Source: Callorhinchus milii
Taxonomy: Eukaryota
Length of the DNA: 64,000 nt
Direction of reading: 5' to 3'
NCBI RefSeq assembly: GCF_018977255.1
Contig: NW_024704743.1
Coordinates: 44,890,001 to 44,954,000, forward strand
A program made the position numbers and the translations under genes. The notes beneath the pieces were generated by a model. The model did not search any database. It had not been told where the DNA came from and saw nothing but the letters and a program-made list of their open reading frames with translations. Shown here in pieces: positions 50,901 to 62,845 of the stretch. The first letter of the stretch is position 1; each line of letters opens with the position of its first letter.

Positions 50901-53900
50901 AGGGAGTTTCTATGCTGTAGAACCAGGAATGTTCTGAGCTAGATCTGAATGCAGCAGCTGATTGACGAATCAATCTAATTGTGTATTTGGCTCTCACCCT
51001 GCAGTATGCGGATCAGTGGTGGAGAATGCTCTCACTGCTTTTACAATAGGAGGTATGGAGAAAAGGCAGGTAAATGGGATTGAAAAGATTGCCCTTTAAA
51101 AGAAACATAATGGACACATTGACCAAATAGCCTTCTTTTGTGCTGTAAATTCTACGATTCTATATCAAAGTGGTCGAACTTATCTTTGTAGAGTACATAC
51201 TCTGTATATAGGCAGAGTATTTTGGTCAGTGATGTGAAGTGGTTTACGTTGTAGCACTGCATATAATTTGCTGTGTTTCTTTACCCATTCACTGTGTTAT
51301 ATAGCACTGGAATTATAATAATTATAATCCTTGAATTGAAATAATGCCTTTCATAGAACCATAGAAATTTACAGCACAGAAGAAAGCTATTCAGCCCATC
51401 AGTTCTGTGCTGGTTAGGAGGACATCATGAGGACATCTCAAAGCTCTTCACAGGATTTACTGCGATGACTGTACTTTGTAGACAAATAGTGAATAGATTA
51501 AGAAACTTCGCAAATTTGTTCCGTTACTTAATTAGCACCAGAGCTCCTTAATTAAGACTCACATTTAAAGTTAAGGGATAGGATAAAAGGCCAAATATAG
51601 GGATCTAGGATGGACATTCATGTGCAATATAAGCCCCAGCTGGACTGGATGAGCTAAATAGCCTGTTCCTGAGCTGTACCTTTATGAATCTATGTAATCA
51701 GCTATGTCCCCAGCCCCAATTCCCACACAGTCACTCCTCCTGGTCAAATGGCCACTTGCAAAAAACACAGTCTATTCTCTGTCCTCAGTTGCTTGTTGTG
51801 GGCCATTGGATCATCAAATAAGAACTCAAGGTGAGGAAATCCCCAAGTTAAAACTTCTTTTCTGGATTTACAACACTGCAAAATGTAATTGTTTTTATTT
51901 TGGGAGTCTAAACTCTTGACTTCATCACCTACTGTTGAACTGGGAGGGAAGAGTGACAAGGCAGGGGGAAAGCACCAAATACTGGACTCACCCAAAATAA
52001 GTAAATAAATGACTGAGAATTGTTCTAAAGTATATAAGGGAAAATATGCTTTGTACTCGATCTCATGATGATACCATAATAATGGAGGCAGGGAATTTTC
52101 ACCAATACCTTGGTTATTCTACCTTCCACAGAAAAACTCAGCACGGAACAACTTGCAGTCAGTTTGATAAGAATAGGAAGTATGAATGCAGTTCCTTCTC
52201 TGCTAATTGAACATTGAAAACATTCTCTCTACATTTAGATTGTTATTGAGTATAAAAGGCCAGAATTTTTTGGGAGACTGAATGTCTTCAGGGATATGCC
52301 CTTATATTTACTTGCATTGTGAAGAACATTAGTAATCACATGTTAACTGTACCATAAGCCAACACAGTGCTGACAGTAAGGTCACAATAACTGGGATTTC
52401 ACCATTATCCTTTTAGAAAATTAAACAGATTGCCATGAGTGATGCCATTATTTTCTGTCCTCTGGTGGATAAAGCACTTAACCTGCAGTTAATTGTAAAG
52501 AGGTGCAGAGGGTATAATAACTAAATACAATCTGATTTTGCAGGCAACAGAATCTGTGGGCAAAACAAATGGTTAGTTCAGTGCTGCCGACAATGGCAGT
52601 TTAATGCTGAGATCGATCAATTAATAGCCGTTGTTAGAGCTGGCTGTGTGCCATGCTTCATAAAAGCCTCTGCGATCACCTCATGACACTATAACAATTT
52701 ACAAAACAGGAATTAATAGGTTTTCTGGGATAAAGGGCAATACAAACTCATTAAAGGACACATTACATAAGGCAGACACAATGCTTCAGAAGCAAATGGT
52801 CTCAAATTCAGTATCCATTATTTTTCCCTCCAATCTCTTATTTTAAAATTCTTTTTTATTTTCAGTAATCATTTGTAAGTATTCAGTAAGTATTCACCGT
52901 AGCATGCAGCATGTCACCGACCGACCGACGGAGAGAGCAGGCAGGCAACCTGAGTCCAAGCTTCTACCAATCATCCAAAAGGAATGCAAATATGACCGTT
53001 TGAGGTGACTCAGCTATGAGTCTCCCTCTTTCCTTGCAGGGGGCAACTGGCCTTCCTTCAGCACCTCCCCTAACAGCACAGCAAGATCAGAAAGTGACAT
53101 GTGGATAATCCCATGGGTGATGCTGTAACCATGGCACTGTGCATTGGAGCATCAACATGCCATCCTTCAAATGGATATTTCTAATTCAAACAAGAACACA
53201 TGTGAATCTTAGCGCTGCGAGGGGGGGAGGGGCTGGTCTTCTGCAGCACTTCACACACCATACAGTGAATTCAGTGCTGTGGGCTAAACACTAATCTGGT
53301 TCATTCAGACAGTTTCACATTTCTGCCCCTGTACATGTAATAACTGCAATAATAATCTTTGCATTTGATACACTGTCGTTCCTGTCCATGTCAAAACGTC
53401 TCAAAGCATTTCACAGAGTTTTCTGTAAAGTGTAATGACTGCATTTGTAGGTAAACATAGCAGCCAATTTGTATGCAGCATTGTCCATCAAATTGCCATG
53501 AAGGGATTGACCAGGTTTCTTTTAAACCGTGGGACTGTTGGTCAGGCACTGGGCATGTAATGATGTAATGCAATTTTACGTTAGGAATATAACATTTAAT
53601 GACAGGTATTTAAAAGCTCACAGGCACACATTCATGAATGGAGCAGAACCTTGTAAAGCCCACATCAATCAAATCTCCACATAGAACCACATCAAGGCTC
53701 CAACACAATAACCTATACTGCCACATACCCACAAGCAGTGCTTACTTATTGCTAATGGCAATCTCTCAGAACATTCATCTCTTTTCTTTCATATAACAGG
53801 TTTAAAAATATTACCTTGCATTCCTACTTCCCAAGAGCCCTCCATGTTCCAACACTTAAATATGTAGGGAGGATCCTGATAAACACATACATCAAAGACA

Positions 53901-54460
53901 ATGACACAACTGTAGAGCATAGCAGAAGGGGATGATAAATGCACAAGCTTAGTCTGGGCACTGTCTAGCAGAGTTCCATGGGGGGCTGCTGAGTTTTCTC
54001 CTGTTTGCACTATCAATAAATGATTCGGAGACAAGTACTTTCTGTAATGCTATAAAAATTGCTGATACCAAGTTATCAATAACATGAGAATAAATAGCAT
54101 TTAGGAAGAGCTGGATTAGGTGAACAGATGGGCCAAATAGTAGCCAATGGAATTTAATGTGGATAAATGGAAGACATTTTACAACGAGACCAAGTGAAGA
54201 TGTCAACTAATGGAGATGGAAAAAGGAAAAACAAGGATAGAGGACAGGACTGTAGAGAGGAGATATAAGAGGTCATTTTTGGCTGAAGTTTTTTCTGGCA
54301 GAAGTAGTTTTTGAACAATACTGAAGTCCACAAGAGGATAAGATTTAAATAAAAATATTAATTTCAATAAAGGTGAATTTTAAATAAGTACAATAAATAA
54401 AAAATTGGAATTGTCTCCAGGCAGGGTGGGCTTTTGGCTTGCATTTTACATTTTAAAAAC

Positions 54461-54605
54461 TTTGTGGGACACTGCTGTGCGCAATTAGTGCAGCGTTTCG
54501 CCCACAAGATACACTGTCAATCCACTTTACGGTATATTTTGTGAAGCACTTTGAGACGTCTCGATGACGTGATAAGGCAATATATCAAATGCAAGGATTA
54601 TTATT
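54461..54605 (+). mobile_element. SINE 3' part
   Basis: TTTGTGGGACACTGCTGTGCGCAATT...CAAATGCAAGGATTATTATT. Confidence 0.85.
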
Positions 54606-55044
54606 GTTAATAATAGACAATAATATTATTATGACTGTGAATGGGATGTTCTTGACAAGCTGAATGCCTTGTTTTGCCTTGTAATTCACACTTTTAATAA
54701 ATTAATAATTGAAAACATATTAAAATAATAAATTTAAATACAGTTTTTATTTTGCTGCTGAAATGTTCTTAAACTTCTCAAAGGGTCACCTGAGAAGAAT
54801 AAATATCCAGGCAGTCTCTTACTTCCTATACTTTATCTTTGATTTTCAAAATTATTCAAAGCCTTATAACTTAATGTTGCTAAATATTTATAATACCAGA
54901 GTGTAATAGTTAACTGACAACAAAATATCAGCTTTCATTTCCTATGACAGAGAGACTCCATTAACACAGCATGGCCACAGGTTGAGTTGTGTTAACTTAC
55001 CTGTGAGTAAATTAAAACTATCAATCCACAGATGACTGTTATAA

Positions 55045-55428
55045 TATTAATGCTTGGATTTTGTTATAGTGCTTTTCATGTCTGGAGGAGGTTTCAAAGT
55101 GTTTCACTGGTTATACTGTAAGTGTAGTAACTACGTGTATTTTGTGGGCGAAACGCTGCACTAATTGCGCACAGCAGTGTCCCACAAAGTTTTTAAAATG
55201 TAAAATGCAAGCCAAAAGCCCACCCTGCCTGTAGACAACTCCAATTTTTGCTATGGGATCTTCTGAAGAGGCAGACGGGACCTTGGTTTACAGTCTCATT
55301 ACCTCAACCACCAGTGGTGTATCAGTGTATCATAGGCCTAGACTGAGTTCAAAATACCGACATGGGGCTTGAACTCACAACCTTGTGACTCAGAGTCGAC
55401 AGTGCTGCCAATTGAGCCAGGCTGGCAA
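55045..55428 (-). mobile_element. Old DeuSINE-like SINE with a replaced central segment
   Basis: Head complement GGGGCTTGAACTCACAACC...TGAGCCAGGCTG; 55142-55249 matches 54400-54507. Confidence 0.7.
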
Positions 55429-56235
55429 ACATAATTTGTACAGTATATATATTGGCACTAACCATGTAACATCTCAAATTGAACCAATTGTCTGGGTTTG
55501 GTCAAGTGATGGAGATTAATTGAAAGTTATGTTGCTATTGCAAAGCACAGAATTGAAAAGATTCCAGTGCAGCTGAGCCATATAAATCCAGGACTCCAAT
55601 ACATCTTTTATATTTATTGCAAAAGCTTTTTTTTAATAACTTTTATAACAAGCATCTGATACTTGAAATTCCTCCTGATATTAACTTTAATCCAAGTCTT
55701 AAAAAGGATTGTGGAAAACTGGATTCATAATAAAGACTGAATTGAAGAATTCTTCCAAATCTTAAATATCAAGGCAGTGGCCTTGAAGCTAAATTCATGT
55801 GTAATTTTGTGTGCCAGAATTAAATTTGTTACTTTCACAGGTTATGTTATTAAATATATTTGATCTATGAGCAAATCCAGCCTTTGATGAGACATGATAA
55901 GCTTTCTTTGTTTAAGTAGCAGGCAGGTTTAAATATACAAAACAGAGTCATTAATGTACGAGAACTGTGTCCAGGGCACTTTGTGCAGACTCGTTTTACA
56001 TATATACAGTTACTGGACAGAGTTTTCAAGGGGTACATGAAACATTCCATGAAATACAGTGATGGTAAAAGAAAGAACTGCAAAGCTTCCAGACAGTCTG
56101 TCTTGTATATTAACTCATTCAAAGAAAGGATCTCATGGTTCATTGGGGGTTACAAACAGATTATTTTATGCTTAAATTTTCAATTGGTCTTGTTATAGAT
56201 TTTACTGCAAGCAAGAGAGCATGGATTTTGTACTT

Positions 56236-56420
56236 ATAATAATAATCCTTGCATTTGATATAGCGCTTTTCACCTCTTCTAGACGTCCTCCCGACGTGAA
56301 AAGCGCTATATCAAATGCAAGGATTATTATTATTATTATTATCCTAAAGCGCTTCACAGAATAGACTGTGAAGTGAATTGACTGTATATTTTTGTGGGCG
56401 AACTAAGGCAGCCAATTGCT
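56236..56420 (-). mobile_element. Truncated SINE with an opposite-orientation SINE tail inserted
   Basis: Perfect 38-bp inverted repeat 56236-56273 / 56296-56333. Confidence 0.85.
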
Positions 56421-56546
56421 TATTTAGTATTATCTATTTATTTATTATCAGTGCAGCTGAGCCATATAAATCTATTATATATATATTTATATATTATAAA
56501 ATTAAAAGAATCCTTGCATTTTTATATTTATGTTGGACATTCCAAG

Positions 56547-56917
56547 TAATAATAAACCTGGCATTTGATAAAGCGCCTTATCACATCTTCAGGATGTCTC
56601 AAAGAATATCACAGAATATACTGTAAAGTGAATTGACTATGTTTTGTGGGCAAAACGCGGCAGCCAATTGCATACAGCTGTGTCCCACAGACAGTTGTGG
56701 ATTGAGTGACCAAATTATTATTATTTTTTTAATAGATTATTACCCCTGGAAAGCGATCAGCCAATCGACTAACAACTTGGTTGCAACGTACTACTAGGTA
56801 AACAGAGGCATAGGGAGTAATGAAACTTGCCTAAACTTTCACTCCGCCCGGGAATCAAACCCAGGTCCTCTCACTTGCGAGGCGAGTGTTCTAACCAATG
56901 CGCTACAGGACTCCACA
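56547..56917 (-). mobile_element. tRNA-derived SINE, long form
   Basis: Contains the complement of the extra segment (CCAATCGACTAACAAC...CTAGGTAAACAGAGGC) and full head ...GCTACAGGACTCCACA. Confidence 0.9.
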
Positions 56918-58394
56918 AGTATAGTACTTGAAAAATAATAATAATACAACATTGCATATAGTGTGGTGACTGTGTATTTGTAGGTGAACATAACAGACTA
57001 TTTGAACACGGCAATGTCCCAGAAAAAGCCAAGAAATGAATAACTAATATTATTTGAGGAATTGTTGGCCAGGATACTGAGAGAAACTCTTTTTACAAAC
57101 GTGATATATCAAATGTAAGGATGAGTCTTTTTTATTATAAATAGTGCCATGCGATCTTTAGCATCTACCTGAAAAGCCAAACAGGTTAAAATTTTATCCG
57201 AAAATTGGAAACTCCAACAATCCAGCAGTGCACTGTCGTCAGTCTAGCCAGTGAACCCACAACCTTCTGAGGCGAGAGTGCTGCTAACTGAGCCAAGCAG
57301 CCGCACAAAAAATTCAGTAGGCGTTGTTCTCTCCAAATAACATTGCTCTTGAATATCATGGAGATCTACTTACTTATTTGTGGCATAGTAATTCACTGCA
57401 CACAGGGGCACAGGGACATTTTCCAAAATCTGTCACCATGCTACGCTCAAGGTTTATCCAGCATTTATACAGTGAATAGATGATTTCATGGTTTGATGAG
57501 ATTAGCGATGATTTAGTATTGAATGAGCAGACTAGACCTGATCTGTCAAAGCCCTGAAAATTCCTAAACATACTCACTGCTTCCTTTAATTGCTGACAGA
57601 TATTTCTCTTTGCATGGGCAAGCCTGCTATTGAAACCAAGTGTCTGGGAACATCCTTTGACTTGCACTCAGACTGAAAAGGATTAGAGAATGATGCACCT
57701 GGGTCACAGAGGAGGTCTGTAACCAGCTGCAGCTAAATTAATAAGAAAAAAAACAGTGAATCTCCAGCTGAGACCTAACTATGAGGTACTGCTGAGAGTA
57801 ACTGGAATTGTACAGTAGGTACCAGATGGAATATTGAGGCAGAGCCAAAAGGACAGCCCAAATCCAGCTGCATGTGAGATGTAGTGCCAAATTCAGCTGA
57901 CACTGAGTTTAAGACATGAATGTTTTATATTTATAGGAAAGGACATGCTACAACAAAAAAGCAATGCTAGAGAGGATGGAGAGAAACCTCCACAGAGGAT
58001 CTTCTTTCAGGGAATTAAGATCATGTGCTCCCAGGACAGCCTTGGGGAAAAAACACACATCTTCACCCCCACTTAGTATACAGTAGTCACCAAGAGGAGC
58101 CTCTTCCAGCTCCAGGTCTGAACAATGACCGCACACAAACCAAAGAACCCTCCCTCCTCTACTTCTACTTTTGCCAACAGCCTCCTGAACAGTGCTATTG
58201 ATTGTCTCCCTAATAGGTTGTGACACCAAGTTGCCTTCGTTCGCACTGACTCATGAGCACCTGATTATACTGTAGCGAAATTATTGGCTTACAACGTCTT
58301 CACCTCTGGTGACTGTTCAAAACCAAATCAGAATGTGGTCAGGTTCCTTTTATACAAATGATCTCAGCTCAATAAAGAAATACATGAGTGTAAA

Positions 58395-58785
58395 TTGGGG
58401 TGTGTTATTTATGCCTATGGTACTAATTAACTAATGCATTGAATTGCGTGACCTTATGATAATTAATACATCTACTAGTCTCCTTCATCCCTTGACACCC
58501 TTCTCAATGGCCACATCAAGAAACCAGACATATCGTACATTTAATTTGTGCACTGCAGCACTTATCTGCTGGTGAGCAACATACAACAAACAAAAAGACC
58601 AGAATCAAGCCAATATTCTGCGACCCAGAGTCCAAAACAGGGTGTAACCGGCTTTTCAGCATGGTCATTGAGAGGTGGGAGAGTTACCAACACACAAAAC
58701 TAGTCAATGTATTAATTATCATAAGGTCGTTAAATTGAACGCACACATCGATTAGATTGACCAGTGTTATTTAACACATCACCAT
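58395..58785. repeat. Inverted-repeat element (MITE-like or ancient hairpin repeat)
   Basis: Perfect 22-bp arms GACCTTATGATAATTAATACAT (58450-58471) / ATGTATTAATTATCATAAGGTC (58707-58728), with degenerate extensions. Confidence 0.7.
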
Positions 58786-58830
58786 TTTCAAAGTGGTGGG
58801 GAATTATGATTCAAATAAAAAGAGGAGATA

Positions 58831-59822
58831 CAATACAATACAAAATGACATTTGCGAAGCAACGTTCACATTGGGAGGACAGCACCGAACAGTCAGAGAC
58901 TAGAACCCGAGCATCCGGGGGTGGGGGGTAGGATTGGGATCAGGGAGGGTTGGGGGCAGAGAGGGTAGGAGGGTGGCCGAAGACACGGTCGAAGAGGAGG
59001 TTCTTGAGGTGTGCCTTAAGGGAGGCAAGGGAGGGAGCGAGGCAAAGAGAATGTCGGATGGAGTTCCAGAGGGTGGGAGCAGAGAGGCTAAAGGCCCGAC
59101 CACCGAAGGTGGGGCGGGCCAAACAGGAGACATGGAGCAGGCCAGAGCCTGCTGAGTGGAGGGAGCAGACAGGTTGATAAGGGGTTAGCAAGTCGGAGAG
59201 GTAGGAGGCGGCAAGGCCATGGAGGGCCTTAAAGGTGAGGATGAGAATTTTGAACTTCTGAGGGATGGGGAGCCAGTGGAGCCAGGCGAGGGTGAGTGTG
59301 ATGGGATCATGGAACCTGGTGCGGGAAGGACACGAGCTGCAGAGTTCTGGATGATCTGCAGCTTGTGGAGGAAAGAGTTGGTGAGGCCGACAAGCAGGGC
59401 GATGGCATAGTCAAGCCTGGTTGTAATGAAGGATGGCGGCCTGAGGGGTGAGGCAGTGGCAGAGTTGGGCAATATTGCAGAGGTGGGGGAAGGCAGAGCA
59501 GGTCATGGCATGTATGTGGGGGAGAAAGGACAGTTGAGGGTCGAACAAGACGCCCAGGTTCCTGACTGGCTTGGTGAGATGGAGAGTACATCCATGGATG
59601 CTGATGCTGCCAGTGCCTGAAGTGTGGAGGCGCTGGCATAAGCCAATCAGGATCAAGAGCCTCGGTCTTGCTGACGTTCAACTGTAGAAAGTTAGCTCTC
59701 ATCCAGGACTTGATGCCTGACATACATTCTGTCAGATCAGCAGTGGTCCTGGGATCAAAGATGGTGGCAGAGGCATAGAGTTGGGTTGAGTTGAACCCGT
59801 GTCTTTGGATGATGTCACCAAG
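58831..59822 (-). mobile_element. L2 LINE, 5'-truncated (~1 kb)
   Basis: IKSWMRANFLQLNVSKTEAL; VRNLGVLFDPQLSFLPHI; RLDYAIALLVGL; GGRAFSLSAPTLWNSI...HLKNLLFD. Confidence 0.92.
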
Positions 59823-60949
59823 TATATACTCATTGGGCTAAATTGCCCCCTTCTGTGCTATAATTTCTATAATTCTATTCTATGATTCTCATTGAAAATT
59901 TGTTTTTACAATTTTATCACTGATCCAACAAGTCATTTAAATCATAAACTCAGAATAATGTATTCTTCATCAGTATTATATCTATGTTTCCAATGACATC
60001 AATCATTATGGCTTCAGGAGATGACTTGAAACTGGGTTGTTACTTACCAAAGTCATTTTATTTAGTATCTTTAACAACCGTCACAAAGAAGTGACTACCT
60101 TCCCTGGCCTGGTGGATAATCCTGAAGTAAAAGGATAATTCAGTGTGCCTTAGAATGACTAGGTTCTTAACTTAATAGTGTAGTATGTTTCAATAACCAC
60201 TTTTCAAAACCCAAACCTTGGATTTTGTCTAAATATATTTACAAATGCTGCATTTATCGTTGACACAATTATTCAACAACTGAAGGGCTGCACATATTAT
60301 TTATTGCTTGACTCACCTGCTTCTGCATACTGGAAGATTTCTATAGCAACTTCAATAAATCAAGAAAATTGCCTTTCTTTAAACTTGTTAACAGGCACAA
60401 CATGCTTCTTTAGAAAATCCTACTATTCTTTCAACAGACTTTGATTGAAAATCTGCCTTTTAACTAGCACATTCTCATTTACATCTAGTATCAGTTTGTA
60501 TGGCTGTCTGGAGGCTAATTTATTAGCCTTTAAAGATTAGTCTATGGGTGAATGGGTTGCAACACTGTTTAAATTTGTACTCAGTCGCACTTTGCAGAAG
60601 CAGTGAAAACATCTTCCTCAATTTTATGGGAACAGCACCACGAACCATAAATTGGGTGTAAATTTAATTTGTTTACTTTTAGAATCTTCATGTTCTGTCT
60701 ACACCACCCATTATATATATGTGGCTAACGTACTAACCGAATAATGCAAGTCTTGTTGAGTGAATGTGTTTATGCCTGCTTGTATATTTCTCAAGTATAG
60801 AGCCCAAGTCTCACACCTATCTTCTGCAAAACATGTTGTGACATCTCCTGTCTCAACAATCTTATCACATCACAAACAGTTCCAATAGTGAAGTGGATTG
60901 GATTCTAAGGCTTGCCATTAGTCTGTAGGAACCTTTTCAAATTTAGGAT

Positions 60950-61329
60950 TAATAATAATAATAATTTTTGCATTTGATATTGTGCCTTATCACATCTTTG
61001 AGACGTCTCAAAGCGCTTCACAGAATATACTGTAAAGTGAATTGACTGTATATTTAGTGGGTGAATCGCAGCAGCCAACTGTGCACAGTAGTGTCCCACA
61101 AACAGTTATGGATTGAGTGACCAATTTATTATTATTTTGTTTTTTGAAGGAATTGTTATCCCCGGAAAAGCGATCTGCCAATCGACTAACAACCAGGTTC
61201 CTACTTACTGCTAGTTAAACAGAGGTGTGTGGAGTAAGGAAACGTGCCCAACATTTCATCCTGTTGGGAATCAAACCCAGGTCTCTTGCTTATGAGTCGA
61301 GTGCCCTAACCACTAAGCTACAGGATTCT
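60950..61329 (-). mobile_element. tRNA-derived SINE, long form
   Basis: Same structure as the 56547 copy. Confidence 0.88.
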
Positions 61330-61369
61330 AAGGTTATATTGGATTCTGGAAAATACATGTTGGGGGATG

Positions 61370-61675
61370 TTTCTTTGTTCGGAAGTGCCATCCTTTGGAT
61401 GAGATGTTAAATCGAGGTCTTGTCTATTTCTTCAGGTGGACATTAAAGATCCCATGGCACTATTCGAAAAGAGTTGGAAATTTCTCCTGGTGTCATGGCC
61501 AGCAATCCTCCAAAATAAAAAATTGGTCACTCACTCCATGGCTGCTTGTGAAACATTGTTGTGCACAATCAAACTGCAGCATTTGCCTACAAATACACAG
61601 TTACTCCACTAAATCCTGGGATGTCCTCCCAACATGAAAAGAGGTATACAACTGAAAGGATTATTATTATTATTA
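61370..61675 (+). mobile_element. Old DeuSINE-like SINE, body and tail
   Basis: GTGCCATCCTTTGGATGAGATGTTAAATCGAGGTC...CAGGTGGACATTAAAGATCCCATGGCACTATTCGAA. Confidence 0.75.
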
Positions 61676-61924
61676 AATGTAATCATATTTTGGGAACCCA
61701 TTTTCTCCATTCCTGATAAAGAACTGGCTTCAAAATTAAGACTGAATTGAACAATTTTCCTCAAATTCCACACAATCTTAATTTTTCTCCCATTCAACAT
61801 CAACAGAACATACTTCTACTATACTTGTCGTCTCCTGTCAGTGCCTTCTAATCTCAGGCCCTAAACATATTGACTTCCCCCATTGCTCACTCTAAGTTAA
61901 GGAACCTGTGCTGAACCCAATGGA

Positions 61925-62230
61925 TTTGTGTAATAAGTTTGACCAATCTCAATCCAATTCCTAGTGGACATTCCACCCCCCACAAAAGTGATGTATCACT
62001 GACAATGTCTCTCAAAGAGGCTATAGGACTGTCGGTGTGAGAAAATACCAATTGGTTCAGCTGCGGTTGTTCTTCAAAGCCAGGACTGAAGTATATATTG
62101 GGCAAGAGAAGATGGAGTTTTACTCTGCATTGAACCATGCTGTATCTGTTTTGGTAGTGCTTAACGCTGTTGGATGGCTGGTGAATATGAAAGTATTCTA
62201 TTTTCCAGCACCAACTCTGTCAGTTTGAGC
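61925..62230 (+). mobile_element. LF-SINE-like ancient repeat
   Basis: TCTCAATCCAATTCCTAGTGGACA, AGAGGCTATAGGA and CATGCTGTATCTGTTTTGG are collinear with LF-SINE blocks as I recall them. Confidence 0.55.
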
Positions 62231-62337
62231 ACAATCTTTACTCTGAAAGATGGGTCAATGACAGCATGAAACAATGTACGCCTGTATGAACTGTTACGCA
62301 ATGTACAAAATTTTCCCACTGCAATCTTTTCATGGAT

Positions 62338-62845
62338 CAGTCTGGCTCATTTGGTAGCACTCTTGCCTTTGAGTCAGAAGGTTGTTGGTTCAAGCCCCAC
62401 GTCAGGATATTGAACTCATATTGTCTAGGCTGATACTTTAATACAGTGCTGGGGGAGCACTGTATTGTTGGACATGCGAATCTTCAGATGAGAACAACAA
62501 CAACAACAAATTTCATTTGTTTAGCAGCTTTCACATCAAGAGCACATCCCAAGGCACTGCCTTGAAGAAGTTAAACAGAGGTCCCTTCTACCTGTTCAGG
62601 TGGACATTAAATAGACATGGCACTATTCAAAAAGAGAAGAAAGTTTGTCCAAGTGCCCCGGTCAACAATTCCCCAAATAATTTGCTCACTCACTTTATGT
62701 CTGTTTATGGGATGTTCCTATGTACAATTGGCTATCGCATTTGCCTACAAAATACACAGTCACTGCATTACATTATATCCTGTGAAGTGCTTTGAGGCAT
62801 CCTCCCATCATGATAAGGCACCACATCAAATGTAAGGATTATTAG
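62338..62845 (+). mobile_element. Old DeuSINE-like SINE with an antisense L2 tail inserted (~62493-62560)
   Basis: CAGTCTGGCTCATTTGGTAGCACTCTTGCC...GGTTCAAGCCCCAC head; (CAA)n insert between GATGAGA and GTTAAAC. Confidence 0.75.

Noticed and set aside
51110..51410. Inverted repeat as a structured ncRNA
   Set aside because: Two opposite CR1-type 3' tails (ATTCTA-type repeats), also seen near 15362 and 59830.
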